DNA of 64,000 bases. It comes from an uncultured Candidatus Saccharibacteria bacterium. GTDB taxonomy: Bacteria > Patescibacteriota > Minisyncoccia > Phycocordibacterales > UBA9973. The notes under the pieces were generated by a model. It saw only the letters and a program-made list of their open reading frames with translations, was not told where the DNA came from and made no database searches. The stretch spans positions 5,435-69,434 of the forward strand of contig CAYYXE010000001.1 of assembly GCA_964475655.1 (NCBI GenBank). The letters are read 5' to 3'. Each line of letters starts with the position of its first letter. Positions within the stretch are counted from its first letter, which is position 1. Position numbers and translations under genes: made by a program. Positions 17,958 to 27,651 of this stretch are shown here, in pieces.

Positions 17958-18503
17958 ATCCTAAAAGAGAAATTGTACCACGCGCATAAAGGAGAACCAT
18001 CGAGTATAGGGGCTCGGTTGCTTTTTTGCAGGTAGTGATCGGTATGAGTGAAATGCGACTGGATAAGAATGTAATTCGTTGAGCGCTATCACCCCTTCGA
18101 GGCGCTTGAGCTCTGTTTGGACTAAGGATTTGAATTGGGTGTTGATCTGTAGATTGTTTGGTTTCATATTAGGCAAAGGAAAATAGCTTGCTAAAGAGTC
18201 CGCGTTTGGTTTGGCGAGACATATATCGAGTGAGTGCCTTGTGGCGGCGTGATTCTTGCGAGTAACGCTCTCCACGCAGGATCTTGTAATCGATTTGTTC
18301 GTTGAGCATGCGAAGCTCGCGTCGGATATTTTGTTTGAATTGTTGCTGTGTCATAAATGTTGTTTGTGTGGACGTTACTTGATAATCGCGACCTGTATCT
18401 AGTATACGTGAACGATCGTTCACCATGCAAGTACAATACTGTGGATAACGTGCTGTGTATAAAAAATCTTTAAATATAAGCGTATTTTCGATATACTTGA
18501 TCT

Positions 18504-19358
18504 ATGAAATCTCTGGTCCAAGAAACACTCCAACATTGGCGCACTCACAATGCGCCGCGTATGGGAGCCGCACTCTCCTACTACGCGATGCTCTCCTTTG
18601 TCCCACTTCTCCTTCTCCTTGTGACGTTTGCAAGCTCGCTCTTTAGCAAGGATCTCGTCCAAGGTACGCTCGTATCTGAGCTCAGCAAGATCTTGGGTAC
18701 GGATGCAGCGCATTATATCGGAGAGATCCTTCGCAGTCGATCAATCCAGGGCATTACCCTCGCAACAACAATCATCACTGCTGCAGTGACTCTCTTTGGT
18801 GCAATGGGAGTATTTGCAGAGCTTGATCAAGACTTTGATGCACTGTGGGATACGCCCAAGGCTCGCAAAGTACACACGACCTTTATCACAACTGTATGGG
18901 CATATGCACACCGCAAACTCATTGCGTTTTCGTTTGTACCACTTCTTGTACTTGTCCTGCTCGTGATCATCGGCGTAACGGTATTCTTTGGGGCGATAGA
19001 GCGTGTCGTTGCCTTTCCTGACTCAGTGACACTCGTCGTGCAGATAGTGCAAGTGGTTGCACCGCTCGTGCTCGGCACCGCACTCTTTGCGACTATCTAC
19101 CGCATCTTGCCCAACCGCAAGCTTCCCTGGTGCGTGCTGCTGCTCGGAGCGCTTGCCACCACGGTACTCTTTGTGATCGGCAATTTCCTCATACTCGAGT
19201 ACATCAAGCTCCTCGTGCACACCGACGTCTTTGGGGGCGCAGCGTCACTTGTGGGACTTCTGGTATGGGTGTACTACTCTTCGCAGGTATTTTTTATCGG
19301 TGCGTCATTTACGTATGTGTATGCGCGGCATGAAGGATTTATTCCTTCAGGTGACTGA
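18504..19358 (+). CDS. YihY/BrkB family membrane protein
   Basis: 6 TM; FGGAASLVGLLVWVYYSSQVFFIGA signature of YihY family. Confidence 0.8.
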   Translation: MKSLVQETLQHWRTHNAPRMGAALSYYAMLSFVPLLLLLVTFASSLFSKDLVQGTLVSELSKILGTDAAHYIGEILRSRSIQGITLATTIITAAVTLFGAMGVFAELDQDFDALWDTPKARKVHTTFITTVWAYAHRKLIAFSFVPLLVLVLLVIIGVTVFFGAIERVVAFPDSVTLVVQIVQVVAPLVLGTALFATIYRILPNRKLPWCVLLLGALATTVLFVIGNFLILEYIKLLVHTDVFGGAASLVGLLVWVYYSSQVFFIGASFTYVYARHEGFIPSGD

Positions 19359-20475
19359 GCGCGATCTTGATTGCTTCGGTCGCGATCTTGCGGGCTGCAT
19401 CGGGTGTGGCAAAGGCCTTGGCATGAGAAGACATGGCGTCGTATCGGTCTTTGTTTTCGAGAATTGATTCTAGTTCGTTGAGCAGCACTGATGGCGTGAG
19501 ATTTGCTTCTTCGATCACGACACAGGCACCGGTACGCGCGTAGTGGTACGCATTTTTGCGCTGGTGATCGCCATGTGCGTGTACATAGGGCACGAGGATA
19601 CTCGGCTTGCCCCATGATGCGATCTCAAAGAGTGATGAGCCTGCACGCGATACGACGATGTCGACTGCGCCGCCAAACATTTTGGTCTGGACGTCGTTGA
19701 GGAAAGTAAATGCCTTGTAGCGGCTACGCTTGGTATTGTCGCCAAGCGCGATCCGGACTTCGGTCGTTACATCATCAAAGTCTGCGGCACCAGTCTGGTG
19801 AAGTACCTGATATTTTTGTATAAGATGCGGCACGATCGATACGACTGCGTCATTGATACCTTTTGCGCCTTGTGAGCCGCCCCAGATGCCGATGGTCCGT
19901 AGCCCAGTGTCAGGAAGTTCAAAGAATTCCTCTGCACCGTCCTTTACAGGATGAAGGAGGTTGCGGCGAATGGGCTGCCCCGTCACTGCTACCTTACTCT
20001 TATCAAAGTACTCCGCAGCTTCGGGAAACGACAGTGCAACTTTCTTGGCAAACTTGCCAGACCATTTGCTTACGCGTCCGGGTACAGTGTCTGACTCATG
20101 GATAATCACAGGGATGCGCAATATTCGCGCAGCAAAGAGTACAGGGAACGCCACATAACCACCCTTACTGATGATCACATCTGGATAAAGCTTAAATACT
20201 TTGCGGATTGCACCGATCGTGCCAAAGAGTGTCTTGAAGATATCGACAAAGTTCTTGAACGAAAAGTACACACGGAGCTTGCCGGCAGTGATCGGGATAA
20301 AGGTGATGAATTGATCTTCAAACAGTTGCGGATCAAGCGACATCTTGTCTGCCATGTAGTACAGTTTCATGTCGGGAATGCGTTCTTCGTCGGCAATGTG
20401 GTTGAGCTCTTCGGCAATGGCCACCAGCGGATAAATATGCCCGCCAGTCCCCCCGCCTGTTAATAGGATTTTCAT
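19339..20475 (-). CDS. murG: UDP-GlcNAc:lipid I N-acetylglucosaminyltransferase MurG
   Basis: MKILLTGGGTGGHIYP N-terminal G-loop, GT28 architecture. Confidence 0.9.
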   Translation of the reverse strand: MKILLTGGGTGGHIYPLVAIAEELNHIADEERIPDMKLYYMADKMSLDPQLFEDQFITFIPITAGKLRVYFSFKNFVDIFKTLFGTIGAIRKVFKLYPDVIISKGGYVAFPVLFAARILRIPVIIHESDTVPGRVSKWSGKFAKKVALSFPEAAEYFDKSKVAVTGQPIRRNLLHPVKDGAEEFFELPDTGLRTIGIWGGSQGAKGINDAVVSIVPHLIQKYQVLHQTGAADFDDVTTEVRIALGDNTKRSRYKAFTFLNDVQTKMFGGAVDIVVSRAGSSLFEIASWGKPSILVPYVHAHGDHQRKNAYHYARTGACVVIEEANLTPSVLLNELESILENKDRYDAMSSHAKAFATPDAARKIATEAIKIALSHLKE

Positions 20476-20567
20476 ATAGTGAGTACAGTATAGCGATTTT
20501 GGAGCGAGCGGACAATGAATATTGACAATTAATTTAAGTCATGTTAATATATTAAAAATTTACAATA

Positions 20568-20975
20568 ATGAAAATACGAACAATAACTACTGAAGCAGAA
20601 ATGAGTCTTGAACAACTAACTGCTGTTTTAAGACATGCTGGATTGTTGGTTAGAAATCAAGTAATCCACGAAATCAGCAGAGATTTAAATGGAATCCGAT
20701 TCACAATTACTGAGCAGGTTGATCAAGAATTTACAACATCCGGCCGAGTATTTACTGAAAAAGAAGAAAAAATTATTTGCAGTAAATCACTCGAGGATTT
20801 AAATCTTAGTGTGAGAGCGTTTAATTGCCTAAAAGCTTCCAAGATAAATTCTTTAAGACAACTTCTGGATTATTCAGAGGAAGACTTAACAAAATTTCGA
20901 AATTTTGGAATGAAATCTATTTCAGAAATTAAAGAAGTTCTTACCAAGCTAGGGTTAAGCCTCAATTCTAATTGA
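20568..20975 (+). CDS. stand-alone RNA polymerase alpha C-terminal-domain (alphaCTD)-like protein with unknown 70-aa N-domain
   Basis: C-terminal LEDLNLSVRAFNCLKASKINSLRQLLDYSEEDLTKFRNFGMKSISEIKEVLTKLGLSL matches alphaCTD (ELTVRSANCLK...GKKSLTEIK...GLSL); AT-rich. Confidence 0.7.
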   Translation: MKIRTITTEAEMSLEQLTAVLRHAGLLVRNQVIHEISRDLNGIRFTITEQVDQEFTTSGRVFTEKEEKIICSKSLEDLNLSVRAFNCLKASKINSLRQLLDYSEEDLTKFRNFGMKSISEIKEVLTKLGLSLNSN

Positions 20976-20986
20976 AAAAACTTTCA

Positions 20987-21026
20987 AACCACTTTACTTT
21001 TAAATAAGTCGAGTGGTTTTTTTTAT
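20987..21026 (+). terminator. rho-independent terminator (AACCACT...AGTGGTT + T8)
   Basis: 7-bp stem plus TTTTTTTT after alphaCTD-like gene. Confidence 0.7.
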
Positions 21027-21159
21027 TATCCATCTTTGGGAGCAAAACCCTCGCCTTCAGGCGATCCCTTCAGGATATTGTGGTTTGTGAGTGTCGTTCG
21101 AAAAAGAATGTCTCTAGACACTAAGTCACTCTTTGTGACTATACTTCGCACTTCAGTGC

Positions 21160-21189
21160 AAAACTGAAACTTCCGTCTTTAGACGGAAG
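21160..21189 (-). terminator. terminator of ftsW (CTTCCGTC/GACGGAAG stem + U-tract on minus strand)
   Basis: 8-bp perfect stem 4 nt after ftsW stop. Confidence 0.6.
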
Positions 21190-21193
21190 TGGT

Positions 21194-22315
21194 TCATTTC
21201 TCCCCTCTTTGAAACCTCGACACATTGAGTACTATTCCCACCATAAAGAGCGCGATAAAGAGCGAGGTGCCACCGTGGGAGATGAAGACGAGCGGGACAC
21301 CAGTGAGTGGGAAAAGGCCGACGAGAGATGCGATATTGAGAAATGACTGCGCGACGATCAGCGTCACGATGCCGACTACTAAGTACTGCCCAAACTTATC
21401 CGGCGCAAGGATCGCGATCTTGTAGCCGCGAATGGCAAAGAAGACATAGAGGACGACGAGTATCGCACTTCCGATAAAGCCAAATTCTTCGCCTATCACC
21501 GCAAACACTGAGTCACCTTGGGGTTCGGGGAGGTAGTTAAATTTCTGCACGCTTTGCCCCAGTCCGCGCCCAAAGACACCTCCAGAGCCGATGGCAATGA
21601 GTGATTGTTGGAGTTGGTACGACGAGCCACGGGGGTCTGATGCGGGGTTGAGGAACGTTTTGGCGCGTTCCATGAGATACGGTCGGACAAATGCAAGCGC
21701 AATGATGCCAAGCGCACCGATGCCTGCAATCATCGCGATCTTTTTCCATGATACACCTGAGACAAACAGCATGCCACACGCTGCGCACGTGATGAGGACG
21801 AGGCTTTTGGTGTCCGGCTGCTTCAGCAAAATGACGGAGACGATGCCGAGGAGCACGACGAGCGGAATGATCTTGAACTTGATGTCCTGTTGCTTCTTTT
21901 GGGTCCAGGCAAGCCAGGTCGCAAAGTAGATGACGAAGCCGATCTTGAGGATTTCTGCCGGCTGGAATGATACCGGACCGATCGAGATCCACCGCTGTGC
22001 GCCGCCGTGGCTAAATCCGAGTGCCGGCACAAAGACAAGTATGGTGAGGATGAGGCTTGCGAGAAAGAGATAGAAGGCATTCTTCTTCCAAAAGGTATAT
22101 GGAATGCGCATCGCAAGCCACAATCCCCCAAAGCCCCCCACAAGTCCGAGCACGAGCTGGTTGAAGAGCACGCCATAAAACTTCCCTTCGCTCTTGGCAT
22201 AGATGCCCAGACTTGCCGAGACAAACGAAAAGAGTCCGATCACTGCAATCAAAATCACGATACTGAGGAAGTATCGATCAAATGGCTTTTGAGGTTTTTT
22301 GAGCGCTTGCAACAT
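21194..22315 (-). CDS. ftsW: SEDS-family peptidoglycan glycosyltransferase / cell-division protein FtsW
   Basis: 10-TM FtsW/RodA/SpoVE profile; located next to mraY. Confidence 0.85.
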   Translation of the reverse strand: MLQALKKPQKPFDRYFLSIVILIAVIGLFSFVSASLGIYAKSEGKFYGVLFNQLVLGLVGGFGGLWLAMRIPYTFWKKNAFYLFLASLILTILVFVPALGFSHGGAQRWISIGPVSFQPAEILKIGFVIYFATWLAWTQKKQQDIKFKIIPLVVLLGIVSVILLKQPDTKSLVLITCAACGMLFVSGVSWKKIAMIAGIGALGIIALAFVRPYLMERAKTFLNPASDPRGSSYQLQQSLIAIGSGGVFGRGLGQSVQKFNYLPEPQGDSVFAVIGEEFGFIGSAILVVLYVFFAIRGYKIAILAPDKFGQYLVVGIVTLIVAQSFLNIASLVGLFPLTGVPLVFISHGGTSLFIALFMVGIVLNVSRFQRGEK

Positions 22316-22327
22316 TTGTATGGTGTC

Positions 22328-23383
22328 TTATCGACTAATGAATGTTATCACGACACCAAGGAGGGCGCAGATGATGGAGACGACCCAGTAGCGCATGACG
22401 ACCTTTTCGCGCGACCAGCCGAGCGCATGAAAGTGATGGTGTAGTGGTGCGATCCGGAAGACGCGCCGTTTGCCAAAGTATTTGTAGCTCGTGATCTGGA
22501 TGATGTTTGAGGCAACAGTAGCTACGAGCGGTAGTGCAATCAGCGGCAAGATAAGGACGGTGTCTGTGAGAAATGCGATCACCGTGAGTACGACCGTGAG
22601 ACCCAGGATGCCTGTCTCTCCCATATAAAACCGCGCGGGTGGGATGTTGAACCACAGAAATGCCAGGATGGAGCCTGCGAGCACACCAGAGAGTGCGGCG
22701 ATGTCGATCTGGTTTTGACCGAATGCGATGATCGAGTATGCTGCAAAGATCACGGCAAAGACGCCGCCGGCCAGGCCATCCATGCCATCGATCACTGAGC
22801 TCGAAAAGACGGCAAGGAGTACTGTGACAAAAAACGGCACAAACATCACCCCGAGATAGAGTGGTGTGGTACTAAACGGCACACTCACCGCATTTACCCC
22901 AAGTTTGGTATAAAACCACGCGCCCACGAGTGCGCCGATGGCAATGACGATGAGTATCTTGATGTATCGGTGCGAAATGCGCTCAACGACGCCTTTGATC
23001 TGCGCCATATCGTCTACGAATCCGATGAGTGCACCCACGACGAGTGCGGCAAGCGGCACGAGCGTCTGGCTACGGCTATAAAAGTCGAGCTTGGCAGTGA
23101 GCTCTGATGGTACGACTTTTGAGACCAGCCAGATAAGTCCGATACACAACAATGTCGAAAGCCAGATGATGATCCCGCCGACGCGTGGAGTCGAGATTTC
23201 TGCGTCGGTGTTTTGGATCTTTTTGAAGTCGTCGTTGGTGATCTCGGCATCCTCCACCCGCTTCTTTTTGCGCCAGAGCTTGTGCGCGTACATGTACGTG
23301 GTGAGGCGTGGGGTGAGCGCAATGCCGATCAAAAAGGCAAGGGTCGTGGGCAAGAAGATTTTGATGACGTTTGCAATAATCAT
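22328..23383 (-). CDS. mraY: phospho-N-acetylmuramoyl-pentapeptide transferase MraY
   Basis: MraY TM profile with DDxxD-like (GFVDDMAQIKG) and HHH (APLHHHF) motifs. Confidence 0.9.
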   Translation of the reverse strand: MIIANVIKIFLPTTLAFLIGIALTPRLTTYMYAHKLWRKKKRVEDAEITNDDFKKIQNTDAEISTPRVGGIIIWLSTLLCIGLIWLVSKVVPSELTAKLDFYSRSQTLVPLAALVVGALIGFVDDMAQIKGVVERISHRYIKILIVIAIGALVGAWFYTKLGVNAVSVPFSTTPLYLGVMFVPFFVTVLLAVFSSSVIDGMDGLAGGVFAVIFAAYSIIAFGQNQIDIAALSGVLAGSILAFLWFNIPPARFYMGETGILGLTVVLTVIAFLTDTVLILPLIALPLVATVASNIIQITSYKYFGKRRVFRIAPLHHHFHALGWSREKVVMRYWVVSIICALLGVVITFISR

Positions 23384-23384
23384 G

Positions 23385-23924
23385 TTATTCGGCGTTGGCT
23401 TCTACACCATTGAGGAGCCCATCGATCTTGGCTTTGGTGGCTGCGTAGTCCGGAAGTTGGGTGAGGTCGGTGATACCGAAGTGTTGCAAGAGCTCGAGTG
23501 TTGGATAGTACCCCACTGCTCTTCCCTGCCCCTTCGACTCTATAAGTCCACGCATCGACAGTGCTCGAAGCGAGTATGAGACATTCACCCCGCGGATGAA
23601 TTCTATCTGGCTTTTGCTGACCCCGGGCGCGTATGCGATCACCGCAAGGGTCTCCGCCGAGGCCTTGGTGAGCTCTTTTGACAATTCTTCTTTGCGGATG
23701 CTTTCAATCAAACTGCTATATTCAGGTTTGGTTGCGAGTGTTGCCACTTCATTAAGTACCATAAGTGTCATGCCATGCCCTCCAAGCGACTTCGCAAGCT
23801 CGTCTACTGCACCAGAGACCTCTTCGATCGAAGCATTGAGCAGCTTGCCAAGCTCGGCAAAGGTATGTGGCTCTGCAGTGGCAAAGAGGATTGCTTCGAT
23901 TTGTTGAGAAAGGTTTGACTGCAT
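23385..23924 (-). CDS. scpB: segregation and condensation protein B
   Basis: QIEAILFAT...wHTH tandem typical ScpB. Confidence 0.85.
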   Translation of the reverse strand: MQSNLSQQIEAILFATAEPHTFAELGKLLNASIEEVSGAVDELAKSLGGHGMTLMVLNEVATLATKPEYSSLIESIRKEELSKELTKASAETLAVIAYAPGVSKSQIEFIRGVNVSYSLRALSMRGLIESKGQGRAVGYYPTLELLQHFGITDLTQLPDYAATKAKIDGLLNGVEANAE

Positions 23925-23926
23925 AA

Positions 23927-24676
23927 TTACTCGGTAGATTGGGCGCGCTCAAGTGCAATGTCGCCAAACTGGTCGCTTTGTTCAGCTTGCACCAGTCCGC
24001 GTCTGACAAGCTCTAGCATACCAAGAAACGACACGATCGTATAGACTTTTTGGGCCTTGTCGTCTCCGTCAGGTGCGTGGACGCGCAGGCTGTTGAATGA
24101 CCCACTTGTCATCTTATTTATTCTTTCTATAAGAGTATCGATGACCTCTCCGATCGATATGGTCACCGTCACGCGAGCCTCAGGCTTCACAGGCGTAGGT
24201 GGCGGGATGCGTCCGATGATCGATGCGATAAGGTGCGGAAGTTGCTCTACGGTAAGTGAGGGATCTGGTGCAAAGATGACCCCAGTCTTTTGTGGCTTCC
24301 CTTCAAACGACACTTTCTTGCCGTATTGCTTGATGAGGTCGTTGGATACATGCGAGATGATCTGATAGAGCGCGAGGCGGCGTTCGAGGTCGGTGATGGA
24401 CTCGGATTCTTCGGCAGTGAGCTCGAGATTTGGCAACAATGAGCGCGCCTTTATCAGGATAAGTGTCGCTGCAACTGCAAGGAAATTTGCAACCAGATCC
24501 GGGTGCATGCCCTTGCTTTGTATAAAAGAAATGAAGTCATCAGTGACCGACGCGAGCGAGACGTCGTTGACAAAGAGCTTTCGCTTCTCGATAAGCTCAA
24601 GCAGTACCTCGATTGGTCCTTCGAAGGCGTCGTGTTTGACTTGAAATTGCGCTGCAAGATCGCTCTGGGTTTCCAT
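23927..24676 (-). CDS. scpA: segregation and condensation protein A
   Basis: FEGPIEVLLELIEKRKL motif of ScpA kleisin. Confidence 0.85.
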   Translation of the reverse strand: METQSDLAAQFQVKHDAFEGPIEVLLELIEKRKLFVNDVSLASVTDDFISFIQSKGMHPDLVANFLAVAATLILIKARSLLPNLELTAEESESITDLERRLALYQIISHVSNDLIKQYGKKVSFEGKPQKTGVIFAPDPSLTVEQLPHLIASIIGRIPPPTPVKPEARVTVTISIGEVIDTLIERINKMTSGSFNSLRVHAPDGDDKAQKVYTIVSFLGMLELVRRGLVQAEQSDQFGDIALERAQSTE

Positions 24677-24711
24677 TGGGATAAGTATAGCAAAAAGCCC
24701 GTCCGAAGGGC

Positions 24712-24954
24712 CTAGTGTGCGAGTTTGATCTTGAGATCTTTTTCAAATGCAGTGTCGATAATCCGTACTTTGTCTTCTAGATTAGCAATGCGGTTCTCAT
24801 GATTGTTAGAAAGTTTATTGAGTTCTTCGTGTACTCGGTCAAACTCGTTTTTGGTAGATTGAGCCAAGGTATCAACTGATACCGAGAGGTCTGCGATCAT
24901 GCGTGCAAGATCAGCATTAGTCACCTCTGTAGTTGTAGGCTTTTGGTCGCTCAT
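24712..24954 (-). CDS. small coiled-coil hypothetical protein (80 aa)
   Basis: Only the 3' third of the 186-aa ORF looks protein-like; start at MSDQKPTT. Confidence 0.4.
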   Translation of the reverse strand: MSDQKPTTTEVTNADLARMIADLSVSVDTLAQSTKNEFDRVHEELNKLSNNHENRIANLEDKVRIIDTAFEKDLKIKLAH

Positions 24955-25447
24955 GAAGCTATAGTATACCCGCGTCATACTGTCGCGCAACTGTATATAA
25001 AAGATGGAGCCCCTACATTGGTATGAGGGGCTTGGCGATGTGTACAGAGTACACGGGACGATGTTGAATTGTGATAAAGGTAAAGAAATGAAAGAACAAG
25101 GATAAGAAATAAGGGCAAAATGAATCGCGAATGATGGAGAAAGAGGTAGAAGGTATAGACAAATATTTGTATATACCACCCGCCTGCAAAAGCTATGCGT
25201 TAGCATTGCGGGCAGGGAGAAAAGAAAAGCTTCGCTGGCGTCGGATGTATAGAGATACTCCGAATGGTTCATTTATGAAGCACGCCGGTTTGAGACCTAA
25301 ATGGTGGTGTGTACAAAGTGATATAGAAATATCGAACCCTGTACCCTCAAAATAGTGTGTTCAATGGCCCTTGGCAAAGAACTAATGGAAGCAGAGAAAC
25401 TACCTACTTCCATCTTAGAGACGAAATACTTCCCTTTTTATTACATA

Positions 25448-25480
25448 TTGACAAATTCAAATTTGAAAGTACTATATAAT
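25448..25480 (+). promoter_or_regulatory. promoter TTGACA-16-TACTAT(ATAAT) for small membrane gene
   Basis: -35 25448-25453; extended TATATAAT at 25473-25480. Confidence 0.4.
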
Positions 25481-25493
25481 AAAACTTAGATTT

Positions 25494-25799
25494 ATGTATA
25501 TGTTCTTTATGTTCAGATTTGTATACAGAGTCATTATTCCAATCATCATTACATGTGTAACCGCAATTGAATTTTTCGATAAAAGAGCTACTACAGATAT
25601 TACAAAATATCCTGTTTTGGGTGAAAAAACTTTTGTATTATTTGTATTTATGACATTTTGGTCATGGATTCAAATGTCTATACTCAGTGATGAGGGTCAA
25701 GACGATAGAGTAAGAGCTCGCAATATAATAAAACTCATTTATTTTGTGGGCCTTATCGCAATGATTGTTGTTTGGAAAAATAATTTGTATATGTACTAA
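25494..25799 (+). CDS. hypothetical small membrane protein (AT-rich)
   Basis: 101 aa, 3 predicted TM segments. Confidence 0.45.
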   Translation: MYMFFMFRFVYRVIIPIIITCVTAIEFFDKRATTDITKYPVLGEKTFVLFVFMTFWSWIQMSILSDEGQDDRVRARNIIKLIYFVGLIAMIVVWKNNLYMY

Positions 25800-25800
25800 A

Positions 25801-25830
25801 ATCCCCCGTTTTGGACGGAGGATTTTTTTA
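25801..25830 (+). terminator. rho-independent terminator (TCCCCCGT...ACGGAGGA + T7)
   Basis: 8-bp stem (1 mismatch) + TTTTTTT; overlaps aspS stop on the other strand. Confidence 0.65.
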
Positions 25831-27264
25831 TTTCTTCTCTACTTTTTTGAGCACGATGTTGAGCTCGTCGAGTTGTTTTTGGGAGACTTCGCTTGGTGCG
25901 TGCATCATAGGGTCCTTCCCTTCTCCAGTTTTCGGGAATGCCATGACTTCGCGGATGTTGGGTTCGTCAAGGAGAAGCATCATGAGGCGGTCAAATCCCC
26001 ATGCGATGCCTCCGTGTGGAGGGGTGCCGGTCTTAAACGCCGTGAGCATGTGAGAGAAGTTTGCCTCAATGTCTTCCATACTATGACCGAGGATTTCAAA
26101 TACCTTTGCGAGTGCGTCATAGGTGTGATTGCGGATTGATCCCCCGCCGATCTCGTAGCCGTTGAGCACGATGTCGTACTGAGTCGTGAGGATAGATCCG
26201 ATATCTTTTTTGTTCATGAGGTTGTCCATATGCTCAGGGATGGGGCGAGAAAACGGGTTGTGTGTGTAGGTCCATGAACCAGTTGCATCAGGATTGTCAG
26301 ACTTACTGGTCTCTTCAAAAAATGGGAAATCTACTACCCAACAAAATGCGAGCGTGTTGGGATCGTTTTTGTCTTGACGAATGTCTGGTCGGTCAGTACC
26401 GTACTTGCTCATGGCATCGGCATATGAAATGCGTGGGAATGGGATTTGCTGGATCTTCTTTTCTGGGAAAAACTTCTGCACGATGTCGATCAGGAGCTTT
26501 TCGTTGACGTTCATCACATCATCACGGTCGACAAAGGAGAGTTCCATATCGAGCTGGGTGAACTCTGGCTGGCGATCACCGCGTCCGTCTTCGTCGCGCA
26601 TGCACTTGGCAAATTGGAAGTATCGTTCCACACCTGCGCTCATCAGGAGCTGCTTGTACTGCTGCGGAGACTGCGGGAGTGCATAAAACGTGCCTGGGTA
26701 GAGACGTGCAGGGACGATGTAGTCACGCGCACCTTCCGGAGTAGACTTGGTAAGGATGGGCGTTTCTACTTCGATAAATTTCTCTGCATGGAGTGCATTG
26801 CGCAAATGCTGTACTACGGTGTCGCGCATGCGCATGTTGCGTTGCATGCGAGCACTTCTGAGGTCAAGGTAGCGGTGTGCAAGGCGTACTTCTTCGCTCA
26901 CTTCTCGTGTGTCGACGTTGATCTCAAATGGAAGCGGCTCGGCGTAGTTGAGGATTTCGATACCAGTCACTTCAAGCTCGATGTCGCCGTTTTGTTTGTC
27001 AGCTTGCACATTGCGTTCGGGGCGCTTGTTCACGATGCCTTCTACTCGCACTACGGTCTCAGGACGCGCAGTCTTGGCTATCTCGATCACCTCAGGACGA
27101 TTGGGCAGCACGACGCCTTGAATGTAGCCAGTCATATCTCGGAAGTCAAAAAAGACCATTTTGCCCTGGTCGCGGCGGACGTCGATCCATCCTTTGATCA
27201 CTACTGTCTCCCCTGCTTTCGCTCCCAAATCGCTAATATATGTGCGCTCCATAGTGCTTTCCAT
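25828..27264 (-). CDS. aspS: aspartate--tRNA ligase, compact bacterial-type (no GAD insertion domain evident)
   Basis: Class II motifs FYALPQSPQQYKQLLM, FRDEDGRGDRQPEFTQLDME, GGIAWGFDRL; start at MESTMERTY (ORF upstream extension looks non-coding). Confidence 0.85.
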   Translation of the reverse strand: MESTMERTYISDLGAKAGETVVIKGWIDVRRDQGKMVFFDFRDMTGYIQGVVLPNRPEVIEIAKTARPETVVRVEGIVNKRPERNVQADKQNGDIELEVTGIEILNYAEPLPFEINVDTREVSEEVRLAHRYLDLRSARMQRNMRMRDTVVQHLRNALHAEKFIEVETPILTKSTPEGARDYIVPARLYPGTFYALPQSPQQYKQLLMSAGVERYFQFAKCMRDEDGRGDRQPEFTQLDMELSFVDRDDVMNVNEKLLIDIVQKFFPEKKIQQIPFPRISYADAMSKYGTDRPDIRQDKNDPNTLAFCWVVDFPFFEETSKSDNPDATGSWTYTHNPFSRPIPEHMDNLMNKKDIGSILTTQYDIVLNGYEIGGGSIRNHTYDALAKVFEILGHSMEDIEANFSHMLTAFKTGTPPHGGIAWGFDRLMMLLLDEPNIREVMAFPKTGEGKDPMMHAPSEVSQKQLDELNIVLKKVEKK

Positions 27265-27299
27265 AGTTTTTGCATTGTGCCATAAAATGAGGAATAAAA

Positions 27300-27327
27300 A
27301 AAGCCCCGCGGGATATCGGGGCCTAAC
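27300..27327 (-). terminator. hairpin GCCCCG...CGGGGC + U7 on minus strand, 35 nt upstream of aspS start
   Basis: 6-bp GC stem followed (minus strand) by TTTTTTT. Confidence 0.55.
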
Positions 27328-27356
27328 TACTGATGAATCAGTGGTTTGTAATGTTT

Positions 27357-27599
27357 TTACGCAATTTCTATTCGCCAAAATACCAAAATGCTTTTTACAA
27401 TAGCAATAAATTGTTTTGATGCACATTCTCTTTTTTCTTTGAAATGTGCAAAGTAAGATTCTTTTGCTATCGAAAGATTAGTTATATTTTTGGGGATCGA
27501 AACGTGCTCTCCTTCTGTTTGTGCTTTTTGGAGATCACGTATGGGGACACCGGTGGCGAGGTTGATGTCAGAGAGATTAAGATTTTGGAGTATGTTCAT
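27357..27599 (-). CDS. candidate small protein (80 aa) downstream of M16 peptidase; coding status uncertain
   Basis: ORF MNILQNLNLSDINLATGVPIRDLQKAQTE... bounded by two terminator hairpins; no obvious SD. Confidence 0.25.
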   Translation of the reverse strand: MNILQNLNLSDINLATGVPIRDLQKAQTEGEHVSIPKNITNLSIAKESYFAHFKEKRECASKQFIAIVKSILVFWRIEIA

Positions 27600-27651
27600 A
27601 AAGAGTTGGTTTTTTAAAAATATTACCACCCGTACATTTTTTGTCAAAAAA

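Noticed and set aside
25131-25355. 74-aa ORF in the 540-nt spacer between scpA-side small gene and 25494 gene
   Set aside because: It has no RBS or terminator and Arg/Trp-rich junk-like composition. The region more likely holds promoters for divergent genes.
27265-27426. N-terminal 54-codon extension of aspS ORF; likewise 32381-32464 (dnaB), 62522-62965 (exonuclease), 24955-25272 (small coiled-coil gene), 9554-9655 (ctpA)
   Set aside because: Extensions are Cys/Arg-rich or low-complexity, overlap promoters/terminators, and conserved family N-termini start at the internal Met.
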